A stretch of 64,000 nucleotides of DNA from Armatimonadota bacterium (lineage in GTDB: Bacteria; Armatimonadota; HRBIN16), in NCBI GenBank assembly GCA_963677485.1, contig OY781964.1, positions 4,064,001 through 4,128,000 of the forward strand. The letters run 5' to 3'. Position 1 is the first letter of the stretch. Every line of letters starts with the position of its first letter. The notes below the pieces were generated by a model that was given only the letters and a program-made list of their open reading frames with translations, was not told the DNA's origin and searched no databases. A program made the position numbers and the translations under genes. Of this stretch, positions 20,350 to 30,188 are shown piece after piece.

Positions 20350-21360
20350 ATGAGCTCAACACGAAACGACGTTCTTCTGACACTTGCTCATAAGCAACCG
20401 AGCAGAACCCCGTATGATATAGGATTTACACAGCACGCCTGGAAGGCTTTCGTAGAATACGCTGGCGAAGGCGTCAGTTCGCAGATACATAACTGCCTGA
20501 CCACCGGCAACCTCAGCTCTGCCAATGCCTGGAAGGATTTGGGATCCGACATATGGTCAGATGAGTTTGGAGTGAAGTGGAACCGCTCGATTGACCCGGA
20601 CATCGGCAATGTTTGCAACGAGCTGGTGACGCCCGATACGCTGGACGATTATGTGTTCCCGGATGCGAACGACCCCAGCCGCACCGAATGGTATAAGCAG
20701 GTCTGCCCTGACAAGGTCGCAAATGACCAGTTCATCGTGGCCAACCTGGGCTTCAGCCTGTTCGAGCGTGCCTGGACCATGACTGGCTTTGAGCAGTTCA
20801 TCGCTGACCTTCTTGAGGAGCCTGAGTTTGCTGAAAAGCTGCTGGACAGGATTTTAGAGTATAACCTGAAGGTCATACACAATGTCTGCCAGTATGATGT
20901 GGACGCCGTGATGTTCGGCGACGACTGGGGCACCCAGACTGGACTGATCACCGGCCCGCGGATTTGGCGAAATGTGATCAAGCCGCGCATCCGTGAGATG
21001 TATCAAGCGGTGAAGTCGCACGGCAAGTTCGTGTTTATTCACAGTTGCGGTAAAGTCACGGAGCTGTTCCCAGACCTGATCGAATGCGGACTGGACTGCT
21101 TCAACCCGTTCCAGCCGGAAGTGATCGATGTGGCGCAGGCCAAGAAGGATTTCGGCGACCGGCTGAGCTTCTATGGCGGCATCAGCACCCAGCGCACGCT
21201 GCCCTACGGCACCGTGCAGCAGGTTCGGGATGAGACAAAGAGACTGATCGATATCGTAGGGAAAGACGGTGGGCTGATTGCCTCGCCTGCTCACGCGATT
21301 CCTGGCGACGCCAAACCGGAGAACATCATGGCTATGCTCGATGTTCTCAATAACCAATAG
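20350..21360 (+). CDS. Uroporphyrinogen decarboxylase (URO-D/MtaA-like) family protein
   Basis: GGAGG RBS; DEFGVKW, SLFERAW, FGDDWG, IHSCGK, NPFQPE and GGISTQ motifs. Confidence 0.85.
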   Translation: MSSTRNDVLLTLAHKQPSRTPYDIGFTQHAWKAFVEYAGEGVSSQIHNCLTTGNLSSANAWKDLGSDIWSDEFGVKWNRSIDPDIGNVCNELVTPDTLDDYVFPDANDPSRTEWYKQVCPDKVANDQFIVANLGFSLFERAWTMTGFEQFIADLLEEPEFAEKLLDRILEYNLKVIHNVCQYDVDAVMFGDDWGTQTGLITGPRIWRNVIKPRIREMYQAVKSHGKFVFIHSCGKVTELFPDLIECGLDCFNPFQPEVIDVAQAKKDFGDRLSFYGGISTQRTLPYGTVQQVRDETKRLIDIVGKDGGLIASPAHAIPGDAKPENIMAMLDVLNNQ

Positions 21361-21393
21361 TACACAGAGTAAGAAGAGGAACCGCAACACCTG

Positions 21394-22749
21394 ATGTTTG
21401 AAAATCTAGGCAAAAAGATGCAGGATCTCTTCCGGCGGATGAAAGACCGCGGGAAGCTGACCGAATCTGATGTCAACGAGATACTTCGTGAAGTGCGTGT
21501 AGCGCTTCTGGAGGCGGATGTCAACTTCAAGGTGGTCAAGGAGTTCATCGCTGCGATCAAGGAGAAGGCGATCGGCACCGAGGTGCTGGAAAGCCTGACC
21601 CCTGACCAGCAGGTGGTCAAGATCGTCCATGACCAGTTGGTGGAAATGCTGGGAACTCAAGCGGAGCCGCTGAAGTATTCGCCCAGGCCTCCCACAGTGC
21701 TGCTGTTGTGCGGTTTGCAGGGAAGTGGTAAAACCACCACCGCAGCCAAACTGGGCGTGTATTACAAGAAGCAGGGACGCAACCCTCTGCTGGTGGCCTG
21801 TGACCTTCAACGCCCGGCGGCTGTGAAGCAGCTTCAGGTTTTGGGCGAGCAGACCAAAACCCCTGTGTTCGTGATGCCAGGTGAGACCGACCCAGTGAAA
21901 GTGGCGCAAGCTGCGGTGGCTTGGGCTCCCAAGAACGGCTGCGACATCGTGATCCTGGACACGGCAGGCCGACTGCACGTGGACGAGGATCTGATGGACC
22001 AGGTGCGCCGAGTCAAGTCGACCACCAACCCGGCGGAAACACTGCTGGTGCTGGATGCCATGACCGGGCAGGATGCGGTTCGTGTGGCGGAAGAGTTCAA
22101 CAAAGCTCTAGACGTGGACGGCTTCATCATGTCGAAGCTGGATGGCGATACCCGAGGTGGAGCGGCCATCAGCATCCGCGCAGTGGTGGGCAAGCCCATC
22201 AAGATGTGCGGCATCAGCGAAAAGAATGACGGTCTTGAGATATTCCACCCAGACCGGATGGCTGGCCGAATTTTAGGAATGGGCGACGTGCTCACCTCCA
22301 TCGAGACGGTGTTGGGCAGCATCGACCAAGACGCCATGGCGGACAGTATGAAGCGGCTGCAGGATGGCGGCGGCTTCACGATGAATGAGTTCCTGGCGCA
22401 GTTGCGGCAGGTGCAAAAGCTTCCTATCAAGCGGTTGATGAGCATGATCCCGGGCATGCCGGCGATGCCGGATGGCTTTGACGTCAACCCAAAAGATTTG
22501 AAACGCATAGAGGCGATCATCCTATCGATGACCAACCTCGAACGCGTGAGACCGGATTTGATCAACGGTTCGCGGCGGCGGCGTATAGCCAAAGGCTCTG
22601 GGACTACCGTGCAGCAGGTAAATGAACTGATGGCACAGTATGCACAGATCAAGAAGATGTTCAAAAAAGTGAATGTCATGCAAAAAGACGCGAAACAGTT
22701 GAAGAGGCAAGTGAACAAAGGCATGCCTCGCTTCCCATTTGGCAAATAA
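21394..22749 (+). CDS. ffh: Signal recognition particle protein Ffh
   Basis: ALLEADV, GLQGSGKTTT, DTAGR, SKLDGDTRGG, RILGMGD and SRRRRIAKGSG motifs. Confidence 0.98.
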   Translation: MFENLGKKMQDLFRRMKDRGKLTESDVNEILREVRVALLEADVNFKVVKEFIAAIKEKAIGTEVLESLTPDQQVVKIVHDQLVEMLGTQAEPLKYSPRPPTVLLLCGLQGSGKTTTAAKLGVYYKKQGRNPLLVACDLQRPAAVKQLQVLGEQTKTPVFVMPGETDPVKVAQAAVAWAPKNGCDIVILDTAGRLHVDEDLMDQVRRVKSTTNPAETLLVLDAMTGQDAVRVAEEFNKALDVDGFIMSKLDGDTRGGAAISIRAVVGKPIKMCGISEKNDGLEIFHPDRMAGRILGMGDVLTSIETVLGSIDQDAMADSMKRLQDGGGFTMNEFLAQLRQVQKLPIKRLMSMIPGMPAMPDGFDVNPKDLKRIEAIILSMTNLERVRPDLINGSRRRRIAKGSGTTVQQVNELMAQYAQIKKMFKKVNVMQKDAKQLKRQVNKGMPRFPFGK

Positions 22750-22774
22750 CGAATGAAGAAAGGAGGAGGGAAAT

Positions 22775-23059
22775 TTGGCTGTAAAAATCAGACTTCGACG
22801 CATGGGCGCTAAAAAGCGACCGTTCTACCGAATTGTTGTTACGCCCAGCACCAACCCTCGCGACGGCGGTTTCATCGAGAACATAGGGTTCTACAACCCG
22901 ATCACTGATCCGGCCGAGGTTAAGGTGAACGCTGAGCGAGCGATCTATTGGCTCAGCAAAGGCGCAATTCCGACGGAAACTGTCACCAGCATCCTTAGGA
23001 AGCAGGGCGTATATGACGCCATCGCTGCCAGCAAGGCTGCCGAAACTACCGAAGCCTAA
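22775..23059 (+). CDS. rpsP: 30S ribosomal protein S16
   Basis: [22 protein letters not shown]...RDG..IE.IG.YNP; TTG start after strong AGGAGG. Confidence 0.98.
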   Translation: MAVKIRLRRMGAKKRPFYRIVVTPSTNPRDGGFIENIGFYNPITDPAEVKVNAERAIYWLSKGAIPTETVTSILRKQGVYDAIAASKAAETTEA

Positions 23060-23122
23060 GACGGGTTTCTAAAGCAATACACCCCTCAGCCGATGTACTG
23101 AGGCCGATAAGGAGATTACAAC

Positions 23123-23353
23123 TTGAAGAAGATCATCGAATACCTCGTAAAAGAGATCGTCGATCAACCTGAGAAGGTGCAGATTCGCGAGACCGAGAGC
23201 GATGGCGTGGTGAACCTGGAGGTGGTAGTTTCCCAAACCGACATCGGGAAAGTCATCGGCAGGCAGGGGCGTATCGCTAATGATCTGAGAACAATCGCCA
23301 AAATTGCCGCGACGAAGCAGAAGAAGCGTGTCTTCTTGGACATCGTTGCTTAG
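23123..23353 (+). CDS. khpA: KH-domain RNA-binding protein KhpA
   Basis: DIGKVIGRQGR GxxG loop, 76 aa, canonical position after rpsP. Confidence 0.93.
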   Translation: MKKIIEYLVKEIVDQPEKVQIRETESDGVVNLEVVVSQTDIGKVIGRQGRIANDLRTIAKIAATKQKKRVFLDIVA

Positions 23354-23389
23354 GAGTGTTGGCTGACACTCTCACCGTCTGAATATATA

Positions 23390-23425
23390 GGCCGGCGTGA
23401 CCCTTAACGCCGGCCCGCTTTTTTT
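23390..23425 (+). terminator. Rho-independent terminator after khpA
   Basis: GGCCGGCGT...ACGCCGGCC stem followed by T7. Confidence 0.75.
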
Positions 23426-23480
23426 GCCCTATGTAGCACCGCTCTCGAGTACAATGCGGCCCGTATTATGTTGGATACGC

Positions 23481-23565
23481 TCGTAGGGGCCACCCTTGTG
23501 GTGGCCCTAAACGTTGTTCATTCGATAGGTCTTGTTTAGGGCCACCACAAGGGTGGCCCCTACGA
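23481..23565. repeat. REPIN-like element: perfect 32-bp inverted pair of GTAG-REP palindromes with 21-bp spacer
   Basis: tcgtaggggccacccttgtggtggccctaaac and its exact reverse complement; each arm is GTAG plus an internal hairpin. Confidence 0.9.
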
Positions 23566-23596
23566 CCAGTGACTTTCAAGGAGAATTCGATCGTAT

Positions 23597-24115
23597 ATGC
23601 AAGACCAACCCAAGTGGCGCACCATCGGTGCCATCACACGAACACACGGTCTGGCTGGTCAGGTGTTTGTGTTTCCCCTGACGGATTTCCCAGATCGCTT
23701 CAAAAAGGGCACTAAAGTCCAACTGCAGGATTCCAAGGGTAACCTGAAACCTGTGGTTATTACCGACTGCTCGAAATTCAAGAACGGCTTTTTAGTTCTA
23801 TTTGACGTCTGCCACAGCATCGAACTGGCTGAGGAACTCAAAGGTGTCAACTTGGTTGTTGACTACGACGACCGCATGCCCATGCCTGATGAACAGACTT
23901 TTTATGTAGATGACATCGTAGGACTGAAAGTATATACAGATGACGGTAAATTCCTTGGAGTGATTTCTGAGGTACTGCCGAATCCAGCCAACGATATTTA
24001 CTGCATCGGCGACATCATGATTCCGGCTGTGAGTGAGTTCGTTCTGGACATCAACCTGGCTGAAAACAAGATGGTCGTCAAGATCATACCAGGGATGCTT
24101 CCAGAGGACGAGTAG
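23597..24115 (+). CDS. rimM: 16S rRNA processing protein RimM
   Basis: IGAITRTHGLAG, FYVDDIVGL, ANDIY and MIPAV motifs; operon context. Confidence 0.95.
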   Translation: MQDQPKWRTIGAITRTHGLAGQVFVFPLTDFPDRFKKGTKVQLQDSKGNLKPVVITDCSKFKNGFLVLFDVCHSIELAEELKGVNLVVDYDDRMPMPDEQTFYVDDIVGLKVYTDDGKFLGVISEVLPNPANDIYCIGDIMIPAVSEFVLDINLAENKMVVKIIPGMLPEDE

Positions 24116-24867
24116 TGCACATCGATATTGTCAGTACCTTTCCTGAGATGGTCGAAGCGGTCCTGGATGCCAGTATCGTGGGCAGAGCCAGGCGTACAGG
24201 CCTTTTACAGGCGGCGGCACTGAATCTGCGCGCGTTTACCCATGACCGTCACAACACCACCGACGATGAGCCTTTCGGCGGCGGTGCAGGCATGGTCATG
24301 AAGCCCGCACCCTTCTTCGAAGCGGTGGAGTATCTCAGCCAGCAGTGCGGCGGATGTGCTCATCGCGTGATTGTCACCACTCCGCAGGGACGCCCCTTCA
24401 CCCAACAGGTGGCGCAGGAACTGGCAGCCTGCCCGCATTTAATCATGCTCTGCGGCCACTATGAGGCGATCGATGAGCGTGTGAGTGAGCATCTTGCGAC
24501 GGATGAGATCAGTGTGGGTGACTATGTGCTCACCGGCGGCGAACTACCGGCTCTGGTCATGACCGATGCGATCGCACGGCTGTTACCGGAAGTGCTGGGC
24601 AACCCTGAATCGCTGAGCGACGAAACCTTCGCCGAACGGCTGTTAGGGTATCCGCAGTATACACGGCCTGCTGATTACAATGGGCACCCAATTCCCGAAG
24701 TGCTGCAGTCTGGCCATCACGCCAACATCGCCCAATGGCGCAGGCTTCAACGGATGGAGCGAACCAAGCGTTACCGACCCGACCTGTGGGCGGAGTTTGT
24801 GCCTACCAAAGATGATATCAAGATGCTGAAAAAGAAGGGTCGAACCGACCTGCTGGAAGGGAAATAA
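24115..24867 (+). CDS. trmD: tRNA (guanine37-N1)-methyltransferase
   Basis: DDEPFGGGAGMVMK, CGHYEAIDER, SVGDYVLTGGE and YPQYTRP motifs. Confidence 0.98.
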   Translation: MHIDIVSTFPEMVEAVLDASIVGRARRTGLLQAAALNLRAFTHDRHNTTDDEPFGGGAGMVMKPAPFFEAVEYLSQQCGGCAHRVIVTTPQGRPFTQQVAQELAACPHLIMLCGHYEAIDERVSEHLATDEISVGDYVLTGGELPALVMTDAIARLLPEVLGNPESLSDETFAERLLGYPQYTRPADYNGHPIPEVLQSGHHANIAQWRRLQRMERTKRYRPDLWAEFVPTKDDIKMLKKKGRTDLLEGK

Positions 24868-24870
24868 TCT

Positions 24871-25629
24871 GTGCTGGGATTAGAAACAAATCAGTGGGTT
24901 GTGGGTTTGATCGCTGCCATGCTGATAGGAATCAGCAAAACCAGTGTCCCCGGTATTGGGATGCTGGCAGTTCCCTTGCTAGCCTACATATTCGGTGGCC
25001 GGATGTCGGTGGGTGTGATGCTTCCGATGCTGATTTTTGCAGACATCTGGGCTGTGAGCTGGTATCGCCAACATACCCAGTGGGATGCTATCGTCCGGCT
25101 GTTACCCTCCGTGCTGCTTGGTTTAGTTACCGGCGGGGCATACCTTGCGCTAGTCGCTCAGCGAAGCAACGGCACGCACTCTATGAATGTCACCATCGCG
25201 GTGATGGTGCTTGCCATGCTGGTGTTGAGCTATTTCAAGAGTTACAAACCGCACCACGGTGTGGGCAAAGTGGTGACTGGCGTGCTGGCTGGGTTCACCA
25301 CCACGGTATCGAATGCGGCCGGTTCCATCATGGCGATCTATTTAACCGCCTGTGGCATGAGCAAAGATCAGTTTGTGGGCACCAGTGCATGGTATTTCTT
25401 CATCGTGAATGTTTCTAAAGTGCCGATACTCATCGGGCTCAGTCTGGCGAACAGCAAATTCCCGTTTATGACGGGTACCAGCTTAAAGTTTGATTTATAC
25501 TGCATACCTGCCATACTTATAGGTGTATGGGCAGGAAGATGGCTGTTACCGCGCATCCCGCAGAAGGGGTTCAATGCGACTGTGCAAATTCTGGCAGCCG
25601 CCGGAGCCATCAAACTGCTGTTTCCCTGA
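24871..25629 (+). CDS. Sulfite exporter TauE/SafE family membrane protein
   Basis: About 8 hydrophobic helices; GISKTSVPG, NAAGSIMAIYL and FVGTSAWYFFIVNVSKVP motifs. Confidence 0.85.
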   Translation: MLGLETNQWVVGLIAAMLIGISKTSVPGIGMLAVPLLAYIFGGRMSVGVMLPMLIFADIWAVSWYRQHTQWDAIVRLLPSVLLGLVTGGAYLALVAQRSNGTHSMNVTIAVMVLAMLVLSYFKSYKPHHGVGKVVTGVLAGFTTTVSNAAGSIMAIYLTACGMSKDQFVGTSAWYFFIVNVSKVPILIGLSLANSKFPFMTGTSLKFDLYCIPAILIGVWAGRWLLPRIPQKGFNATVQILAAAGAIKLLFP

Positions 25630-25708
25630 GCAATATGGGCCTTGTGTCATGCAGTGCCCGTCTAATATAATATAAAACGCTGATCGTAACAATCATTGGA
25701 GTAACTTC

Positions 25709-26371
25709 ATGGCGATGAACCTTGAGCAAGTCTGGGCAGAGACAGTTGACCGAGTCAAAGATAAAATCGTCAATATCACTTTCTGGGGTGCGCTGGAAGC
25801 GGCGAAACCCATCATACTTGATGGCGACTTTTTTGTTGTAGGTATGCCGCCTTCTGATGCCCACCTGGGTGGACATCTACGGAACAGCACATACCGCAGT
25901 GAACTTGAGCGGACGATTGAAGAGATCTCTGGTGTGCATGTGCTTCTGCGCATCATTGATGGCATCACCCGTGAGGACTGGCAGCGTGTCAAGGTCCGTG
26001 AAGCCACGCAGGACCGCCAGAAGCAGCAAGTCGAAGCGGTCCGCAAGCGTGAAAAAGCGAGTGACGAACTCTGGAGCGAACTGTTTGAACGCACTCAGCG
26101 TATGTATGCATCTCAGCCGCTGCGTTCGCTGCCCCAAGGCCGTGCGATCTATCTGCAAAAAGTTCTCGAACTGACGGTGGAGACCATGGACCGCATCATA
26201 CCGCCAGACGAACCGGTAGATGAAATCAACGCCCGCAACTTGGCCCGCGTGATCGAACGCATCGCCACCAACACGGATACACCCTCGACGCTGATCGCTC
26301 ATGAATTCCTGAAGGTGCGTGACCGGGTTCACCCTGGCATGCCGATGGAGCATGAGCAGAGGCTGACGTAG
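25709..26371 (+). CDS. Hypothetical protein with DnaA domain I-like N-terminus and helical C-terminus
   Basis: LEQVWAETVDRVK...AKPIILDGDFFVVGMP...ELERTIEEISG pattern resembles the DnaA_N/DciA KH-like fold; GGAG RBS. Confidence 0.55.
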   Translation: MAMNLEQVWAETVDRVKDKIVNITFWGALEAAKPIILDGDFFVVGMPPSDAHLGGHLRNSTYRSELERTIEEISGVHVLLRIIDGITREDWQRVKVREATQDRQKQQVEAVRKREKASDELWSELFERTQRMYASQPLRSLPQGRAIYLQKVLELTVETMDRIIPPDEPVDEINARNLARVIERIATNTDTPSTLIAHEFLKVRDRVHPGMPMEHEQRLT

Positions 26372-26373
26372 TC

Positions 26374-27276
26374 ATGCCGTATGATATCTGCTTGTATGGA
26401 ACGATATGCCTCGACCGTATCTCTACGGTGGAGGCATTGCCGCCTTTAGGCGGGTATGTTGACATCGATTCTCAGATGGTAGCGGCAGGTGGGGAAGCAC
26501 TGAACACAGCGGTGGCACTTGCCACTTGGGGTGTGAAGGTGGTCATCGTGGGTAACGCGATCGGCCAGGATACCGCTGGCGATCTGTTGATGCATAAGTT
26601 CTCCGAATACCCCAGCATCGAGACCCGCTTTCTACGCCGTATAGCATCCCTTCCCACGCCTACCTGCGAAGTTTACGTGACTCCAGATGGCGAACGCACG
26701 ATGTTTGGCACCGGCTTCAAAGAGATGAGCACCGAATGGCTGCCGCATGATGCCATCGCGGGCTGTAAGGCGTTCAGTTGCGACATGAACCCAGGCGAAG
26801 CGTCAACCCAGGCCTGTATCGACGCCCATGAATATGGTGTTCCTGTGGTGAACATGGACATGCACACCTCTGAAGCTGCCTGCAACGCATCCAGCATCAT
26901 CTTGACCAGCTATGAACAGGTCGGCCGTATCGACGATATACCGCACCTCATGAAAAAGGCTCAAGAGTATTTCGCCAGCTATGGCTGCAGTGTGGTGCTG
27001 ACCGCCGGTGATAAGGGATGTGTGGTGCTGGATCGGTTGGCCGGTGAGGCCGTGCATCTGCCCGCCTATATTCCGCCAGTGGTTGTCGATGGCACTGGTT
27101 CCGGTGACACCTTCCGCGCCGGGCTGCTTTACCGCTGGGCTGTGTGCGGCGACACGCTGTTAGAGGCTTGCCGGTTTGGCAGTGCCGTGGCGGCGCTCAA
27201 CATCGGAGCTATGGGTGCCTGCGCCGGCGTGCAGCCTGAGGCTGCGATTTGGGAGTTTATGAAGAGCCAAGGGTAG
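26374..27276 (+). CDS. PfkB-family carbohydrate kinase
   Basis: GGEALNTAVALA, GERTM and VVDGTGSGDTFRAG signature. Confidence 0.9.
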   Translation: MPYDICLYGTICLDRISTVEALPPLGGYVDIDSQMVAAGGEALNTAVALATWGVKVVIVGNAIGQDTAGDLLMHKFSEYPSIETRFLRRIASLPTPTCEVYVTPDGERTMFGTGFKEMSTEWLPHDAIAGCKAFSCDMNPGEASTQACIDAHEYGVPVVNMDMHTSEAACNASSIILTSYEQVGRIDDIPHLMKKAQEYFASYGCSVVLTAGDKGCVVLDRLAGEAVHLPAYIPPVVVDGTGSGDTFRAGLLYRWAVCGDTLLEACRFGSAVAALNIGAMGACAGVQPEAAIWEFMKSQG

Positions 27277-27355
27277 GACCCTAGAACGTTGCCCGCACCG
27301 CACACGAGCGATATGAAATGTGCTATCTTTTTACTGGAGGTACTCAGTAACGGTC

Positions 27356-27682
27356 ATGGCACCCAAAATTACTACAGAAGAAGCCATACAGGTCATGGTG
27401 GACAGGATCGCAGCTCGGTTCAAACCCGAACGCATCATTTTGTTCGGATCTCAAGCACGTGGAGACACACACCGGGATAGCGATATTGACCTACTTGTGG
27501 TTCTATCTACATGTGACAATCGTAGAGCGGTCACAGTATCGATCATGAAAGAACTCGCTGACATCCCATTCAGCAAAGACATCATTGTCACGACGCCGCA
27601 AGAAATTGAAACCCGTGGAAAGCTAGTGAGTACAATATGGTCTCCAGCATTGCTAGAGGGTAAGGTTCTGTATGCCAGATGA
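27356..27682 (+). CDS. Minimal nucleotidyltransferase (MNT) antitoxin-like protein
   Basis: LFGSQARG...DSDIDLLVV (GSx10DxD); overlaps the HEPN gene. Confidence 0.9.
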   Translation: MAPKITTEEAIQVMVDRIAARFKPERIILFGSQARGDTHRDSDIDLLVVLSTCDNRRAVTVSIMKELADIPFSKDIIVTTPQEIETRGKLVSTIWSPALLEGKVLYAR

Positions 27683-28073
27683 AGCGAATGGCCATGATAT
27701 CGCCCGCTGGATGCAATTTGCCAGAGAAGACATGGACGCAGCCATTGCTATGCTATCTGGAACGCTTAGGCATAGCTGCATGTTTGCCCAGCAAAGTGCT
27801 GAAAAAGCCATAAAAGCCTTATATATTGTCTACGGTCAACGAATACCAAAAAGCCATGACCTTGACATGTTGATCAGCAACCTTCCCGATGAATGTACCA
27901 TTAAGAAACAATTTACCGATCTGTCGGATCTTTCTTTTTGGGCTGTTGAATCAAGATACCCAGGTGATTTACCAGACGCCATGTATGAAGATGCCGATCG
28001 TATGGTGTCAATTGCTAAGGACGTAGTGTCATGTGTAGAGCAGATATTACTAGACAAAGGTTATATCAATTAG
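27672..28073 (+). CDS. HEPN-domain protein (MNT-HEPN pair)
   Basis: AQQSAEKAIKA, KSHDL and RYPG motifs. Confidence 0.9.
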   Translation: MPDEANGHDIARWMQFAREDMDAAIAMLSGTLRHSCMFAQQSAEKAIKALYIVYGQRIPKSHDLDMLISNLPDECTIKKQFTDLSDLSFWAVESRYPGDLPDAMYEDADRMVSIAKDVVSCVEQILLDKGYIN

Positions 28074-28100
28074 TATATATATCGATTAACTTAAAATACC

Positions 28101-29003
28101 TCAATCCTCCTGCCCAACCTTATTCTTCGGCAGAAACTTCGCACGGTAATTGACTGGGCTGACGCCAACCTTTTGCTTGAACAGCCGTGAAAAGTAGTAG
28201 ATGGAATCAAACCCCAGCTCTCTGGTGATCTGGCCCACGGAGTAGTGCGTGTACTGCAACAGCCGACACGCCTCATCTATGCGCAACTGCATATGGTAAT
28301 GTCCAGGCGAAAAGCCGGTGATGCGCTTAAACTCTCGACGAAAGTTATTGTAGTTCACACCTGAGTTGTGGCAAAATTCTGCAAAGTCAAATAGTTGGGT
28401 ATAGTTCGTCAGCAACTGTGACTTCGCCTGTTCGATGCAGTTGTTCAATGGTGAATAAGCCAGACTTTTCCGCTGTGACAGTGCTGCCGCATGGGCGATG
28501 ATTAATATCGCCTGGGCCGCCACTACCTGTGTATAACCCACCGCCTCGGTCTGCATCTCCTCTACAAGCTGCACGTAGTCGTTCACGATTCGCTCATGCA
28601 CCCCAACTTCCATGACTGGCTTCGAGCGCGTGAGCTGACGGTCCTGAAGCAGGCTGTAAACATCGCTCCCGCGTAACGCCACCCAATACTCGTGCCAGCC
28701 GGTGACCGGGTCGGGTTGATAGCGGTGCCATTCGCCTGGGAACAAAGCAAAAAGCGTACCCTCCGTGATATGTTGCTTGCCAGCGGATGTGGATTCGAAG
28801 CTTCCACGCCCTTTGCCGATATACACAAGTTGAAACTCATGCAGGATTCTACCCGTCTTCGCGTCGAAATGGTAACTGGTAGGGTGGAATGACGGTGGAT
28901 ACACGGTGTTTGCATCCACGTGGGTGTAACCTCCTGCGATGACATACAGGCCGTTGTTTTGGGTTTCGACTGATATGGGAAGGTAGCGGCATGCATATTT
29001 CAT
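28101..29003 (-). CDS. AraC-family transcriptional regulator
   Basis: N-terminal cupin (FPGEWHRYQP) and C-terminal double HTH (FKRITGFSP...LGFDSIYYFSRLFKQKVGVSP); divergent from rhaT. Confidence 0.92.
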   Translation of the reverse strand: MKYACRYLPISVETQNNGLYVIAGGYTHVDANTVYPPSFHPTSYHFDAKTGRILHEFQLVYIGKGRGSFESTSAGKQHITEGTLFALFPGEWHRYQPDPVTGWHEYWVALRGSDVYSLLQDRQLTRSKPVMEVGVHERIVNDYVQLVEEMQTEAVGYTQVVAAQAILIIAHAAALSQRKSLAYSPLNNCIEQAKSQLLTNYTQLFDFAEFCHNSGVNYNNFRREFKRITGFSPGHYHMQLRIDEACRLLQYTHYSVGQITRELGFDSIYYFSRLFKQKVGVSPVNYRAKFLPKNKVGQED

Positions 29004-29120
29004 TTATCGGAGCTCCTGGTCAAAATCTGCAAATATCACACCATTAATGCTATTGAATTCCCATATATGGCTATCCATAATATAAACACGTTCTAGACAA
29101 ATAGACAAATTCTGGAGATA

Positions 29121-30188
29121 ATGATGCATTCAAATCCTGCGTTAGGTGTTTTACTACATGCCATCGGCGGGCTGGCTGCTGCCAGCTTTTATATCCCTTA
29201 TAAACGTGTCCAAAAGTGGAGCTGGGAGCTTTACTGGATTCTGGGCGGTATCTTTAGCTGGGTCGTGATGCCATGGATCATCGCCGCCTCGGTGTGCCCC
29301 TATACGATGAATATCTTGTCATCCGCCCCTAAGAGCAGCCTCATCTGGAGCTACGTATTTGGCTGCCTATGGGGAATCGGCGGTATGACCTTCGGACTGT
29401 CGATGCGTTACCTGGGTGTGTCACTGGGGTATGCCATGGCACTGGGTTTTTGCGCGTTGTTTGGCACCATCGTGCCGCCCATATTCAAAGGCGAGTTCAT
29501 GGAGCTGATCGCTAAACCATCAGGATTAGTGCTGATGCTGGGTATGGTGGTGTGTCTGTTGGGTGTGGGCATCAGCGGACTTGCTGGCATGATGAAAGAG
29601 CGTGAGGTATCTGACACCGAGAAGAAGAGCACCATCAAGGAGTTCAGCTTCGTGAAGGGTGTCTGGGTGGCGATTTTCGCCGGTGTGATGAGTGCCTGTA
29701 TGGCCTTCGCCATTCAAGCAGGCAAGCCGATGGCAGAACAAGCCAAAATGTATGGCACTCCCGAACTGTGGGTGAACTCGGTCTCCTACATCGTGATCTT
29801 CGCTGGTGGATTTACCGTCAACCTGATCGCCTGCGCGTATTTGCTTCTCAAGAACAAAAGCTGGCAGGAACTCTCGCCAAAGAACGCGGCTCCGAATGCG
29901 ATCAACCTGCTGTTTTCGGCACTGGCAGGTATCACTTGGTATTTGCAGTTCATGTTCTACGGCATGGGCACCACCCAGATGGGCCGTTATGACTTCTCAA
30001 GCTGGACCATCCACATGGCCTTCATCATCGTGTTCAGCACCTTGTGGGGAATACTCTACAAAGAGTGGAAAGGCTGCTCGAAGAAGACCTTCAACACCTT
30101 GTTGGCTGGCATCTACGTATTGGTGGGATCTACGGTGTTGGTCGGCGTTGGCAACTACATCGATAAGATCACGAAGGTGACAAAATGA
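29121..30188 (+). CDS. rhaT: L-rhamnose/proton symporter RhaT family
   Basis: ASFYIPYKRVQKWSWE, LWGIGGMTFGLSMRYLG and WYLQFMFYGMG...SWTIHM motifs. Confidence 0.9.
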   Translation: MMHSNPALGVLLHAIGGLAAASFYIPYKRVQKWSWELYWILGGIFSWVVMPWIIAASVCPYTMNILSSAPKSSLIWSYVFGCLWGIGGMTFGLSMRYLGVSLGYAMALGFCALFGTIVPPIFKGEFMELIAKPSGLVLMLGMVVCLLGVGISGLAGMMKEREVSDTEKKSTIKEFSFVKGVWVAIFAGVMSACMAFAIQAGKPMAEQAKMYGTPELWVNSVSYIVIFAGGFTVNLIACAYLLLKNKSWQELSPKNAAPNAINLLFSALAGITWYLQFMFYGMGTTQMGRYDFSSWTIHMAFIIVFSTLWGILYKEWKGCSKKTFNTLLAGIYVLVGSTVLVGVGNYIDKITKVTK

